A program made the position numbers and the translations under genes. The notes under the pieces were generated by a model. The model was not told the DNA's origin. It did no database searches and saw only the letters and a list, made by a program, of their open reading frames with translations. A stretch of 54,469 nucleotides of DNA. It comes from Octopus bimaculoides (taxonomy: Eukaryota). Shown in pieces: positions 24,801 through 33,200 of the stretch. How positions within the stretch are numbered: the stretch's first letter is position 1; each line of letters opens with the position of its first letter. The DNA lies in contig NC_068985.1 in the NCBI RefSeq assembly GCF_001194135.2, positions 23,400,297 to 23,454,765 of the forward strand, given 5' to 3'.

Positions 24801-26938
24801 CCAGTGTACCAGCCTGGTCAAACCGTCCAACCCATGCCAGCATGGACAACGGACATTAAATGATGACTGTGATTTATATATATATATATAAATAAAAGGA
24901 GTTAAACACAGGTGTTATTCAAATTAAAAGAAGTAAAAGAATTTGAATAACACCTGCGTTTTACTCCATTTATTTATTTATATATATTATACAAAATATT
25001 TCACATCAACCTGGAGTTTCTACCTTTACAAACAGGGCGTTGTGTCCTTATTACTTGTGTGATTTTTTGCTTCCCTGGTAACTATTTTTTCCGTGTTAAT
25101 TGTAAACAAGGAAAAAATACACACATTCATTTATATCTATATATATATATGTGTGTATATATATATATATAATAGAGACAGACAGACACACACACCTTTT
25201 GTTGAATTTACGAGTTCATGAATTAGTTAGGAGTCTTACCAAAGCTATGTATATTTGTTATCTGTATAAGCTTGCTGAGGATAGTGGTAAATATGCAAAA
25301 ATTGTCTCCACACAACCATACTTACACATGAATTCAAGTATATGTATGAACCATAAAAAAGAAAATCAATCCTATCCATTAAAATTTCAATTGATTCTAA
25401 ATTGGGAAATATTTTATAATATTTTATTTGGTTAACTTAATTAACAACTACAACAATTTTAATCCACATTTGGTTTATTTGTCCCAATGTAAACACCAAA
25501 ATGATATCTTGCAGGGCAATCCGCATATGTTGATGCACCGTTTTAGTAATGGAATTGCTACTTTCAACCCACCACCACAAATACCCTTGTATGCGGTGCC
25601 ACCTTCAGCAAAAGACTTATGGAACATGAAGATCCCTGTGACTGATGTAAGCGAAAAGGGAGTAAGTAATTTTTATTTTTTATTTTTTTACTTCAGCATA
25701 TTTGTTAGATACAATATATTATGAATAATGGTGCTTGTATTGTTTTCTACATTTTATTTTAAAAAGTAGTTTTTAATATATCCTGAATTGGAATGCCTTT
25801 CTAAGTCTATCTTAAACAAGGTACATAACACTTCTTAATTCAAGTTTACCTGACTAGCGAAATAGGGTCCATTCTTACTTCAGAAGTAGAGTGGTTAAAA
25901 GTAGAAAAACCATTCAATGTTCGAAAAACATTTGATTCAACAACCCATCCAAGTAAGGGTCTTACCATTATTGTATTAACTTCCACTTTTCTATGCTTGC
26001 ATGGATCAGACAGAGTTCATTGAGGTAGATTTTCTAAGGCCAGATGCCTTTCCTAAACCTCATTCATCTCTAAGCAAGCAAATATTTCTTCATGGCTGTG
26101 TATGTTTCCATAGAAGATTAGAAATGAGGAGACCGTTTGTATTACAGTGATGTTCATTCACAACTATTGCTTGATGCCAAGGACAACGAATGCACATGCA
26201 TACACCCATTGCATAGAAATCTATTTGATGGGTTTTTTTCAGTTTCCATCTACCAAATCCTCTCAGAAGACTTTGGGTGGCTTGGGACTACAGTAGAAGG
26301 AACTGACTCAAAATGCCACGCATTAGGACTGAACCTGCGACCATATAGTTGTGAAGTGGACTTTTTAGTTATGCAGGCATGTTTTTACCCATAGTATGTG
26401 TATGGAATGTATTGCTCCAAATTTGGTAGAAATTATATAACTAATGAAAGGCTGATTGAATGTCCATTGTGTTAAAATGACGTCATCATTATCCTTTAAT
26501 GTCCGTTTTCCATGCAGGCATGGGTTGGACAGTTTGACCCGAGCTGGCCAGTCAGGAAGCTGTACTAGGTTCCAGTCTGATTTAGTTTGGTTTCTATGGC
26601 TGGATGCCCTTCCTAACAATAACCACTTTATAGTGTGCTGGGTGTGTTTAATGTGTTTAACGCAACGACAATGATGAAGATAATATAATAGTGTACACAG
26701 TGTATGAATAAAAGGCTATTACTCTAATTGGGCATGGATTGTGTTCTTACTAAAGGTCACTATTCTAGCTTGATTTCTATATTACCCCTGAATGCTTGCA
26801 AGTCAGTATTTTTGCAGCTAAACAGCTTTTAATGTTATCTTTAAATATGAGGTTAATAGTCTGCAAAATTTTAATTGCAATTTCTGTTTATTACTTTTAC
26901 AGAACTGGAACTCGTGGAATCAGCCGAATGCCATGTGA
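456..26938 (+). CDS. ANKHD1: Mask / ANKHD1 / ANKRD17 orthologue (ankyrin repeat and KH domain protein), 5'-partial, 20 exons in window
   Basis: Manual splicing: join(456-928,1660-1972,3332-3477,4120-4262,5823-5928,6588-6695,6901-7076,8101-8162,10958-11154,12209-12423,12579-12697,14319-14789,15204-15312,17598-17744,17856-18002,19603-21587,22893-23081,23243-23460,25515-25661,26903-26938). All introns GT-AG, phases match. Peptides match the family as I recall it: NHDTALTLAC, RTGSKLGISPLMLAAMNGH, DQQAAEANKNA-like, EPPSATTTTTIG, SPKRGQRKEDGWKEVVR, KH GRGG. The first ankyrin cluster and start codon lie upstream of the window. Confidence 0.96.
1660..1972 (+). CDS. ANKHD1: Mask exon: start of second ankyrin cluster (DLDAQTDSNHDTALTLACTAG)
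   Basis: ttttag acceptor, G|gtcagt donor, ankyrin consensus. Confidence 0.95.
3332..3477 (+). CDS. ANKHD1: Mask ankyrin exon (GFTPLILAATAGH...SGGKFD)
   Basis: Phase 1 to 0, GT-AG, TPL-x2-A motif. Confidence 0.95.
4120..4262 (+). CDS. ANKHD1: Mask ankyrin exon (VVELLLSRVANKEHRNVSDYTPLSLAASGG)
   Basis: ttcag acceptor, CG|gtaagc donor. Confidence 0.95.
5823..5928 (+). CDS. ANKHD1: Mask ankyrin exon (TGSKLGISPLMLAAMNGH...INAQ)
   Basis: Phase 2 to 0; family signature peptide. Confidence 0.95.
6588..6695 (+). CDS. ANKHD1: Mask ankyrin exon (IETNKNTALTLACFQGR...HRAK)
   Basis: 108 nt, phase 0-0, GT-AG. Confidence 0.95.
6901..7076 (+). CDS. ANKHD1: Mask ankyrin exon (TGLTPLMEAASGG...SSRDTALTIAADKGH)
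   Basis: ttatag acceptor, AG|gtaggt donor. Confidence 0.95.
8101..8162 (+). CDS. ANKHD1: Mask ankyrin exon (NAAVDVKNKKGNSPLWLACN)
   Basis: 62 nt, phase 2 to 1, G|gtaagt donor. Confidence 0.93.
10341..10889. mobile_element. 549-bp MITE: 37-bp perfect TIRs, 8-bp TSD ATAGTTTG, internal 72-bp inverted repeat
   Basis: TIRs 10341-10377 and 10853-10889 (GGATCTTTTTTAAAACGGGGGCCACATTTTTCATTAA); TSD 10333-10340 and 10890-10897. GG termini with 8-bp TSD suggest Merlin or hAT-like, unassigned. Confidence 0.9.
10958..11154 (+). CDS. ANKHD1: Mask last ankyrin exon (GHLDVVQLLV...FRKGHIKVV...TVTDP)
   Basis: ttcaag acceptor, CCA|gtacgt donor. Confidence 0.93.
12209..12423 (+). CDS. ANKHD1: Mask exon: coiled coil and basic NLS-like segment (AAKRRERKKKKKKEK)
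   Basis: ttgcag acceptor; AT|gtaggt donor avoids the in-frame TAG and fits the next exon's phase. Confidence 0.88.
12579..12697 (+). CDS. ANKHD1: Mask exon: acidic run and EPPSATTTTTI motif
   Basis: Phase 2 to 1; conserved PPSATTTTTIG peptide. Confidence 0.9.
12749..12889. repeat. (CT)n/(CTTT) microsatellite
   Basis: Direct. Confidence 0.95.
12895..13478 (-). mobile_element. maT (DD37D) Tc1/mariner transposase 3' fragment in a Mask intron
   Basis: WQQDSAP...WSPNSPDCNPLDY with 37 residues between the two catalytic D; upstream frameshifted FGVITCDGD. Confidence 0.88.
14319..14789 (+). CDS. ANKHD1: Mask exon: S/G/N low-complexity region
   Basis: ttgtag acceptor; donor A|gtaagt after 14789 (alternative G|gtaaaa after 14777, same phase). 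Confidence 0.82.
15204..15312 (+). CDS. ANKHD1: Mask exon (IGDLDDFGSLLEIP...KKSI)
   Basis: ttacag acceptor, GT|gtaagt donor; needed for the phase 1 to 2 change between its neighbours. Confidence 0.82.
15897..16055 (-). mobile_element. tRNA-derived CORE-type SINE (family A)
   Basis: Minus strand has a B-box-like GGTTTCAGGTTC and CORE-like TTGGGCAAGTGT; similar to the copies at 26213, 36652 and 39171. Confidence 0.75.
17598..17744 (+). CDS. ANKHD1: Mask exon leading into the KH domain (SPKRGQRKEDGWKEVVR)
   Basis: cacag acceptor, gtaagt donor, conserved WKEVVR. Confidence 0.95.
17856..18002 (+). CDS. ANKHD1: Mask KH domain core (ISRVIGRGGANINAIRDASGAHIEV)
   Basis: Type I KH GxxG loop; GT-AG. 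Confidence 0.97.
18292..18775 (+). mobile_element. Two head-to-tail tRNA-derived SINEs (family B) plus a partial head
   Basis: A-box TGGCAGAA, B-box AGTTCAAATT, central GCCTTTCATCCTT-GGGGTCGA-AAGTACCAG domain. Confidence 0.82.
19321..19490 (+). mobile_element. RTE LINE 3' end with (GAT)n tail
   Basis: TTAGGAAGGGCATCCAGCTGTAGAAA module, the same as the tail attached to RTE ORF sequence at 31944-33005. Confidence 0.8.
19603..21587 (+). CDS. ANKHD1: Mask large exon: KH end plus S/T/P/Q/G-rich disordered region
   Basis: 1985-nt open exon; GSAEATRQAHLLINALVSDPDKEI completes the KH domain; G|gtaaat donor. Confidence 0.95.
22893..23081 (+). CDS. ANKHD1: Mask exon with PIGGER motif (ERKLLKPIGGER)
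   Basis: Phase 1-1, open, G|gtatgt donor. Confidence 0.88.
23243..23460 (+). CDS. ANKHD1: Mask exon (LNSEWPASS...GQSYH)
   Basis: ttcag acceptor, CAT|gtaaga donor. Confidence 0.85.
23865..24035 (+). mobile_element. RTE LINE 3' end with (GAT)n tail
   Basis: Same module. Confidence 0.85.
24701..24866 (+). mobile_element. RTE LINE 3' end
   Basis: Same module. Confidence 0.82.
25515..25661 (+). CDS. ANKHD1: Mask penultimate exon (GNPHMLMHRF...DLWNMKIP)
   Basis: ttgcag acceptor; GGA|gtaagt donor (alternative GAT|gtaagc after 25646). Confidence 0.78.
26213..26400 (-). mobile_element. CORE-type SINE (family A), degenerate
   Basis: Similar to 39171-39336. Confidence 0.7.
26483..26650 (-). mobile_element. 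RTE LINE 3' end, antisense
   Basis: Reverse complement of the same module. Confidence 0.82.
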
Positions 26939-27507
26939 TTATTTTTTAGAGCTCTGATTACATTTTTGTCCCCAAAGACTGAGCAGATGTGCCTGCATAC
27001 AGAGGATTACCTACCTCCATCATTAATGGCAGCAGTGAGATGATTACCAGGTCTACTAAGCTATTGGTTAACTCAGCCTCTGATATCCCCAATCTTTGGG
27101 GTTTTTTTCTTCTTCTTCTTTGCTCTCCTGAGGAGAGGAAAGAGCTATGGGCAATAACACTGGCAGCAGCAAGGATGACAATCTTTTCTCCCCATGATAA
27201 CTGCTGTTACCATGGCTTGTGCAAGTTGAATGCCAACCTTGGGAACATTTCAGGAATGATGTACGAAAAAAGATTGAATCTTTGTTTGACATTTCCTTGT
27301 TATTGTTCAGGCTTAGTAAATGTGTAAATCTGATGACGCAACGACAATGATGAAGATAATATAATAGTGTACACAGTGTATGAATAAAAGGCTATTACTC
27401 TAATTGGGCATGGATTGTGTTCTTACTAAAGGTCACTATTCTAGCTTGATTTCTATATTACCCCTGAATGCTTGCAAGTCAGTATTTTTGCAGCTAAACA
27501 GCTTTTA
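26661..27507 (+). repeat. Identical 171-bp direct duplication (26661-26831 and 27337-27507) flanking the Mask terminal coding exon
   Basis: Base-by-base identical by eye; 676-bp offset. Confidence 0.93.
26903..26938 (+). CDS. ANKHD1: Mask terminal coding exon NWNSWNQPNAM-stop
   Basis: Pyrimidine tract plus acag acceptor, phase 0, TGA at 26936-26938, then non-coding AT-rich sequence. Confidence 0.72.
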   Translation, partial: NWNSWNQPNAM

Positions 27508-29863
27508 GTCTTTCAAGAAAGTAATTTTAAATAATAAAAATTATTAACTTTGAGAATCCATTATTTTCCTGTGTTTCTAAATTCGTTTTCTCTTACATCT
27601 CCACTTGTTTGAATCTTGTTGATTCTCAAATCATGACTGCTTTGTTAATCCCTCTTTGTTAATTACTAGTAAAGAAAAAGGACAAACTCCCGTTGTTTTT
27701 TTATCCTTTTCCTTCATATTTTATTAATGCTTTCCAACTTCATTTTTATATTTTCAAATTATCAACTTCAGCATTAATAATTTGCTTTAATAAATAATTG
27801 GAAGTATGAGCTCCCATAAGAAAGAAACCATTACTTCAGTACAACCTAATGGATTTTCTTAGCCGTATTAGCAAAGCTAAAAGAATATTCTTAGAAACCA
27901 CTTATAGGAAATGATAATAGTTTACTATAGTTTTAAATGTTTAAACCTCTAACATTTACTTTCATGTGTAGCGTTTTAAGTTTGAATGTTATAGGGTTCA
28001 CTTAAGAATGAACATGATATTTTTAGTAATATGTCATGTAAAGCAGATAAAATAGTGTTCATTTGAACTTTTTTTTTTAGTTAATCTGAGAAAACTGATG
28101 GTTTTTAATTGACACCTTTTTCAAAACCATCATGCACAATAGGACTCATAGTTTAGTAAAATGTAATACAAACCAGATATTGTGAAATACATTTTCTTTT
28201 TAGAAAAATAATGAGTTGGTGTTAATGGTAGCAAAAACTTACCTTCAATACCTGGTAAATAAATTATGGTTTGAAAATAATCTAAACATAATCAAGTTAA
28301 TGTTGCTTAACCTGTTTTGAATAATTTTACAGGTTTTGTATTTTCTATTTTTTAAATAGTATATTCTTTGACCCTGCATCAACTCTGATGCAGCAGACCT
28401 ATGACATGTAAGTAGTCATAAAAGAGATATCTTGTTCTAGATATATATACCTTGCCTTTATAGCAGTGAATTGTATGGGGTGCAGTCTAATTTTTTTAAG
28501 GAGTCTCTACATTGTTACTCAACCTGCTGAATATAATAATATACCAGAAAAGAAGATAGATCTGTTCACATTTTGATTGTCACTGGGAAAGCTGTAGGAA
28601 AAAGTATATTGCAAATTTGTCTTATCTCAAATTTTTCTTGTGAGTTTTGAAAATTTGGTAATATTCATGGCATGGCATTGATGGCTTCATTTGTTTACCT
28701 AAATTTTTTCCTCCTCAATTTCGTTTTCTTTGTGGATATTTGAAATGCTAAGAAAAGCTTCGAATTCCTTTCCAGAATTTGTCTTTGTGGTGTAGATATG
28801 CATATTATTAGCTTTTGCAACTAAAATTGCATGCCAAAAGTTACTAGTAGCAATTACAAATTTTAATTAGTCAATATTAGAAATTGCCATATAAGTCAGT
28901 AAAACTTCACTCAGGAAGGATTGAGCTAAGTATTACCTCAAAGTCAGATGTCAGCATATAGAGCAAGCTATTTTATATCATGAATTAGCATTCTGTTGAT
29001 ATTGCCTCACTTTCTCCAGTTTACAACTTTTTATAAATTTCTTGACATTCTCCTGGTCTTCCTGAATTGTCTCCCTTCTATCAAAGTTTGGAAAATACTG
29101 TTTCATAATAAAAATAAAACGAGTATTTGCATTGAAGACTAGAATTCGGATAGACATTAAAGAGTTTTAGCTGTATATAGAATGTGTCACAGTTGTAGAT
29201 TTAAAAATGTTTTACCAAGTGGGTGTGTATACAATACAATAGTTAACATTTGAAAATGTTTGTTAGATATTCACTTTCCTATTTTGTTTCAGTTTATTCT
29301 GTGCATGTATTTCTAGCTTTCTTTATTTTTCTTTTACTTGTATGCTTGCTTTCTGTTCCCTCTTTTAACCTTTTCTAACCAGTTTTGCACCTGAGCTCTC
29401 AATACAATAAGTTAATTATTGTTATATTTTGTAAACAAACTTTGGAAGCATCAAATGGGTTTCATATTTTATAGACAGAGATTGTTGTCACTAGAGTGTG
29501 GGTTCAAGCCATATGGCTGTCTGCTGACAACTTTTTCCATCTTATAAGGGTAAAATACCCAATCTTACTGCTGTTTTCATGGCTGTACTGTGTTCGAAAT
29601 GCTATTCTCTTGTCTGTAAAATTATTATAGTTTAATGAATAGAAAAATTTTATTTCTAAATCTCTCAATGAGAGATATTCGGTAACAGTACTCTAAAGTA
29701 AAGATTATTTGCCAACACAATGTGGCAGTCCCAGTTCGGATGAATGTTACCGTCATTAGCTCTCTAGTGTTCACATTAACCGTGTGTATAAAAAAAATAC
29801 AAAATAAAAACAAAAGATAATTAACATTTTTATTAATTTATGAATAACCGTTATTGGAATAAA
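26939..29863 (+). other. Putative long 3' UTR of Mask with several AATAAA signals (e.g. about 27383, about 29108, 29803, 29858)
   Basis: About 2.9 kb U-rich stretch in which I recognised no interspersed repeats, unlike the introns; the true end cannot be set without RNA data. Confidence 0.55.
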
Positions 29864-30086
29864 TCTAGGAATGAGATGACTTAAGTGAAAGTATTTCACC
29901 AACAAAATAAGATAGAGCTGATTTGTTCAACGAGTGTACCTACTACGTCTGGGGTAGTCTGAAAGTTTATATTTTTACAAAGGCTTCTTTGTTGCTGACA
30001 ATTCTCTCTATCCTCTTTTGTTAAACAAAGAACATATTGACAGATGAGGTTATACAGTTAAGATGAAAAATAGTGTGTTAAATATA

Positions 30087-30200
30087 TCAATGGAAGAGCA
30101 AAACATCAGTGAAGATAGCTTCAAGGAAGACACATCCACCAACAAAATAGAGGAACCAGGTTTTCTCTCTTGAAAGATCACCTTTGCGGATGAAATTCAC
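30087..30200 (-). CDS. TMEM243: TMEM243-like terminal exon, TM3 and stop
   Basis: ctattttgtag acceptor; RKGDL motif; TGA at 30089-30087. Confidence 0.85.
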   Translation of the reverse strand: MNFIRKGDLSREKTWFLYFVGGCVFLEAIFTDVLLFH

Positions 30201-33200
30201 CTACAAAATAGATTACAGGAGAATAATCATAATTTGTTATATTGAATATGTTTGCAGGTTAAATTTTTAATTAATCATTATTTTGAAAGCCCTTATTTAT
30301 CTTTTTCTTCTCTCTTTTGTTCAATCCTCTTTTAAAAGTATTTTTCAGTATATCAATTAGTAAGAATAAAACTGAACAATTTTGCAATTATAGGTAAAAT
30401 TCCATATTAATCGATTACATTCAATCTTTATGACCAAGCAGTATGAATAAATGCAATTATAAGCAAGAATATTATTCTTGGTAAATAGCTACGGAATAAA
30501 CCATCAGATTTTCAACTCTAGGAATTCCCTTCAGAATTTGAATGTTCTTTCCTTGAAGGTATAATTTGTTGTGAAGTAATGCAAAACCTGCTTTACAATG
30601 AATTGAACATTAGTCATATCTGTATCTCTTTGAAGAAAACTGACTGATCTTGATGGTTTGTAGCCAATCATTAGTGACGTGCTTTAGTCACATGAACATA
30701 GGTATAACCAAACCATTAAGAAGTTTGCTTTGTAAATATAATGTCCCAAGTTAGTATTTCATTGTGTGGCATCTTGAGCAAGTGCATTTACTATAGCTTC
30801 AGGTCAACACAAGGTTTGTACACTATTCAGTCCCTGTGTACCCAAATTCACTCACAGTTAAGTGGACTGTGCTTGTCACACATGTATCCTGCTGATTATA
30901 TTTCTCAACACTGTCCCTTAATTCCTTCCATTTCCCCTCTTCTCAGCAATACTCCTCCTCCCACTGCTCTTCTTACATCCCTTCATCCCTCCATTTAGGA
31001 TCACCATCCACTCTGTCTTCTATTCTGTTCTCCTTCAGTTATAGGGATCACTATAGGATCTCAGCCATGCAAGTTATGAGGTGATCATCAGTAGTGCTGG
31101 TGCTATGAAACAAAAAAGCACCCAGCACACCCTGTAAAGTGGCTGCCATTAGGAAGGGTGTCCAGCCATGCCAAAGTAAACACTGGAGCATGACACAGTC
31201 CTCAGACTTGATAGATCTTGTCAAACCATCCAGCTCATGCTGATATGGAAGGTAGACGGTAATCGATGATGTTTATCTCTATGTAGTCAACACTGCTGAG
31301 GTCGACCTTACCTTTCATCCTTTTGGGGTCGATAAATTAAGTACCAGCTGCACACCGGAGTCGATCTAATGGACTGCCCTCCCCACCTCCCCCAAAATTT
31401 CGAACCTTGTGCCTAGAGCTTTCCATGCTAGCATGGGTTGGACGATTTGACTGAGGACTGGTGAAACCAGATGGCTACACCAGGCCCCAATCTGATCTGA
31501 CAAAGTTTCTACAGCTAGATGCCCTTCCTAACGCCAACCACTCAGAGAGTGTAGTAGGTGCTTTTACGTGCCACCGGCATGAAGGCTAGTCAGGCGGTAC
31601 TGGCAACGGCCACGCTCAAAATGGTGTATTTTATGTGCCACCCGCACAAGTCGGTCCAGGGGCACTGGCAACGATCTGTGATCAATGCCCTCTATTTTAG
31701 TTTGACAGGGCCCAAATCTCTAAGAAAAGTGCTAGTATGAAGAGTAAATAAAACACAATCATTCAATCTGGGATTGAACTTGTAACACAGATTTGACCCA
31801 TTGAGAGTTTAACACCACTCAGTAGTATTCAAACTTCACAGAGTCAATAAGGGAGCTTCTGTGGTCCTGACTTGCTAGGAACAGCATGTAAATACACCCT
31901 TAATGGCTTAAAAAAAAGGAAGTAGGCATTATACAATATAGTCATCATTTAACATCCACTTTTCTATGCTTGCATGGGTCCAATGGAATTTGTTGAGGCA
32001 GATTTTTCTATGGCCAAATTCCCTTCCTGTCGCCAACCCTCACCTGTTTCCAAATCACCATCTATAACATCCTTTTTCCATGCTGGCATGGGTTGGATGG
32101 TTTTAATAAGGGCTAGCTGCACCAGGCTCCAATCTGATCTGGCAAGTTTTCTACAGCTGGATATCCATCACTCCTAAAGTGTAGTGGGTGCCTTTTACAT
32201 GCCACTAGTCAGGTGGCACGGGCATCAACCACAACTACAATTTCCATTTTGGTTTTAATTTTACTTGACCCAATAGGTCTTCTCAAGTGCAGCATATCGC
32301 CTGATGATTCAAGGGTACTTTTAAATGGGCTGGTTATGCAACACGGCTGTGATCTCACTTAACTTGCCAGGTTATTCGCTACGATTTGATTTCACTTGAC
32401 TCAACAGGTTTTCTCAAGTACAGCATATAGCCTGACGATTCAAGGGTACTTTAAAATGGGCAGGTTATGTGACACTGGTATCGCCACAATTGTGATCTCA
32501 CTTTACTTGCCGGGTCTTCTCAATCACAGCGTATCTTCAAAGGTCTCGGTCTCTTGTCATTGCCTTTGTGAGGCCCAACGTCTGAAGGTCGTGCTTCACC
32601 ACCTCATCCCATGTCTTCCTGAGTTTCTTCCACTGTTAGGATGTGACAGCTCTCCTCATCCATATGCAGCAAATGACCATACCAGTGCAGTCTCTCTTAC
32701 ACACCACATCTGATGCTTCTTATGTCCAACGTTTCTCTCAGGGCGCTTACTCTCTGTTGTGTATGTGCACTAACATTACACATCCAGCACATCATACTAG
32801 CTTCATTTCTTTCAAGCCTACATATGTCCTCAACAGTCATGACCCATGTTTCACTGCTGTGTACCATAGTTGTTCACACACATGCATCATAAAGTCTACT
32901 TTTCACTCTGAGTGAGAGGCTTTTTATTACCAGCAGAGGTAGGAGCTTTCTGAACTTTGCTCAAGCTTTTCTTATTCAAGTGGCAACACTCTCAGAGCAT
33001 CCACCCCCTCTACAGACTTGCAATCAAATAAAAACGGTCAGAATTGACAAATCAGAAAGGAATTGTTCTACCATGACAATGCTACAACACACACATCTTT
33101 GCTAACTCATGAAAAATTATTGGAGCTTGGCTGGGAAGTGATGTCACATCCACCATATAGCCCTGACCTTGCACCATCAGATTACCATTTATTTCAAAGT

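Noticed and set aside
28374-28393. 8-bp stem-loop CTGCATCA-actc-TGATGCAG in the Mask 3' UTR
   Set aside because: Too short to distinguish from chance without conservation data.
26939-30086. EIF4EBP-like read-through partner, as in human ANKHD1-EIF4EBP3
   Set aside because: No 4E-BP-like exon was recognised downstream; the neighbour is a convergent TMEM243-like gene.
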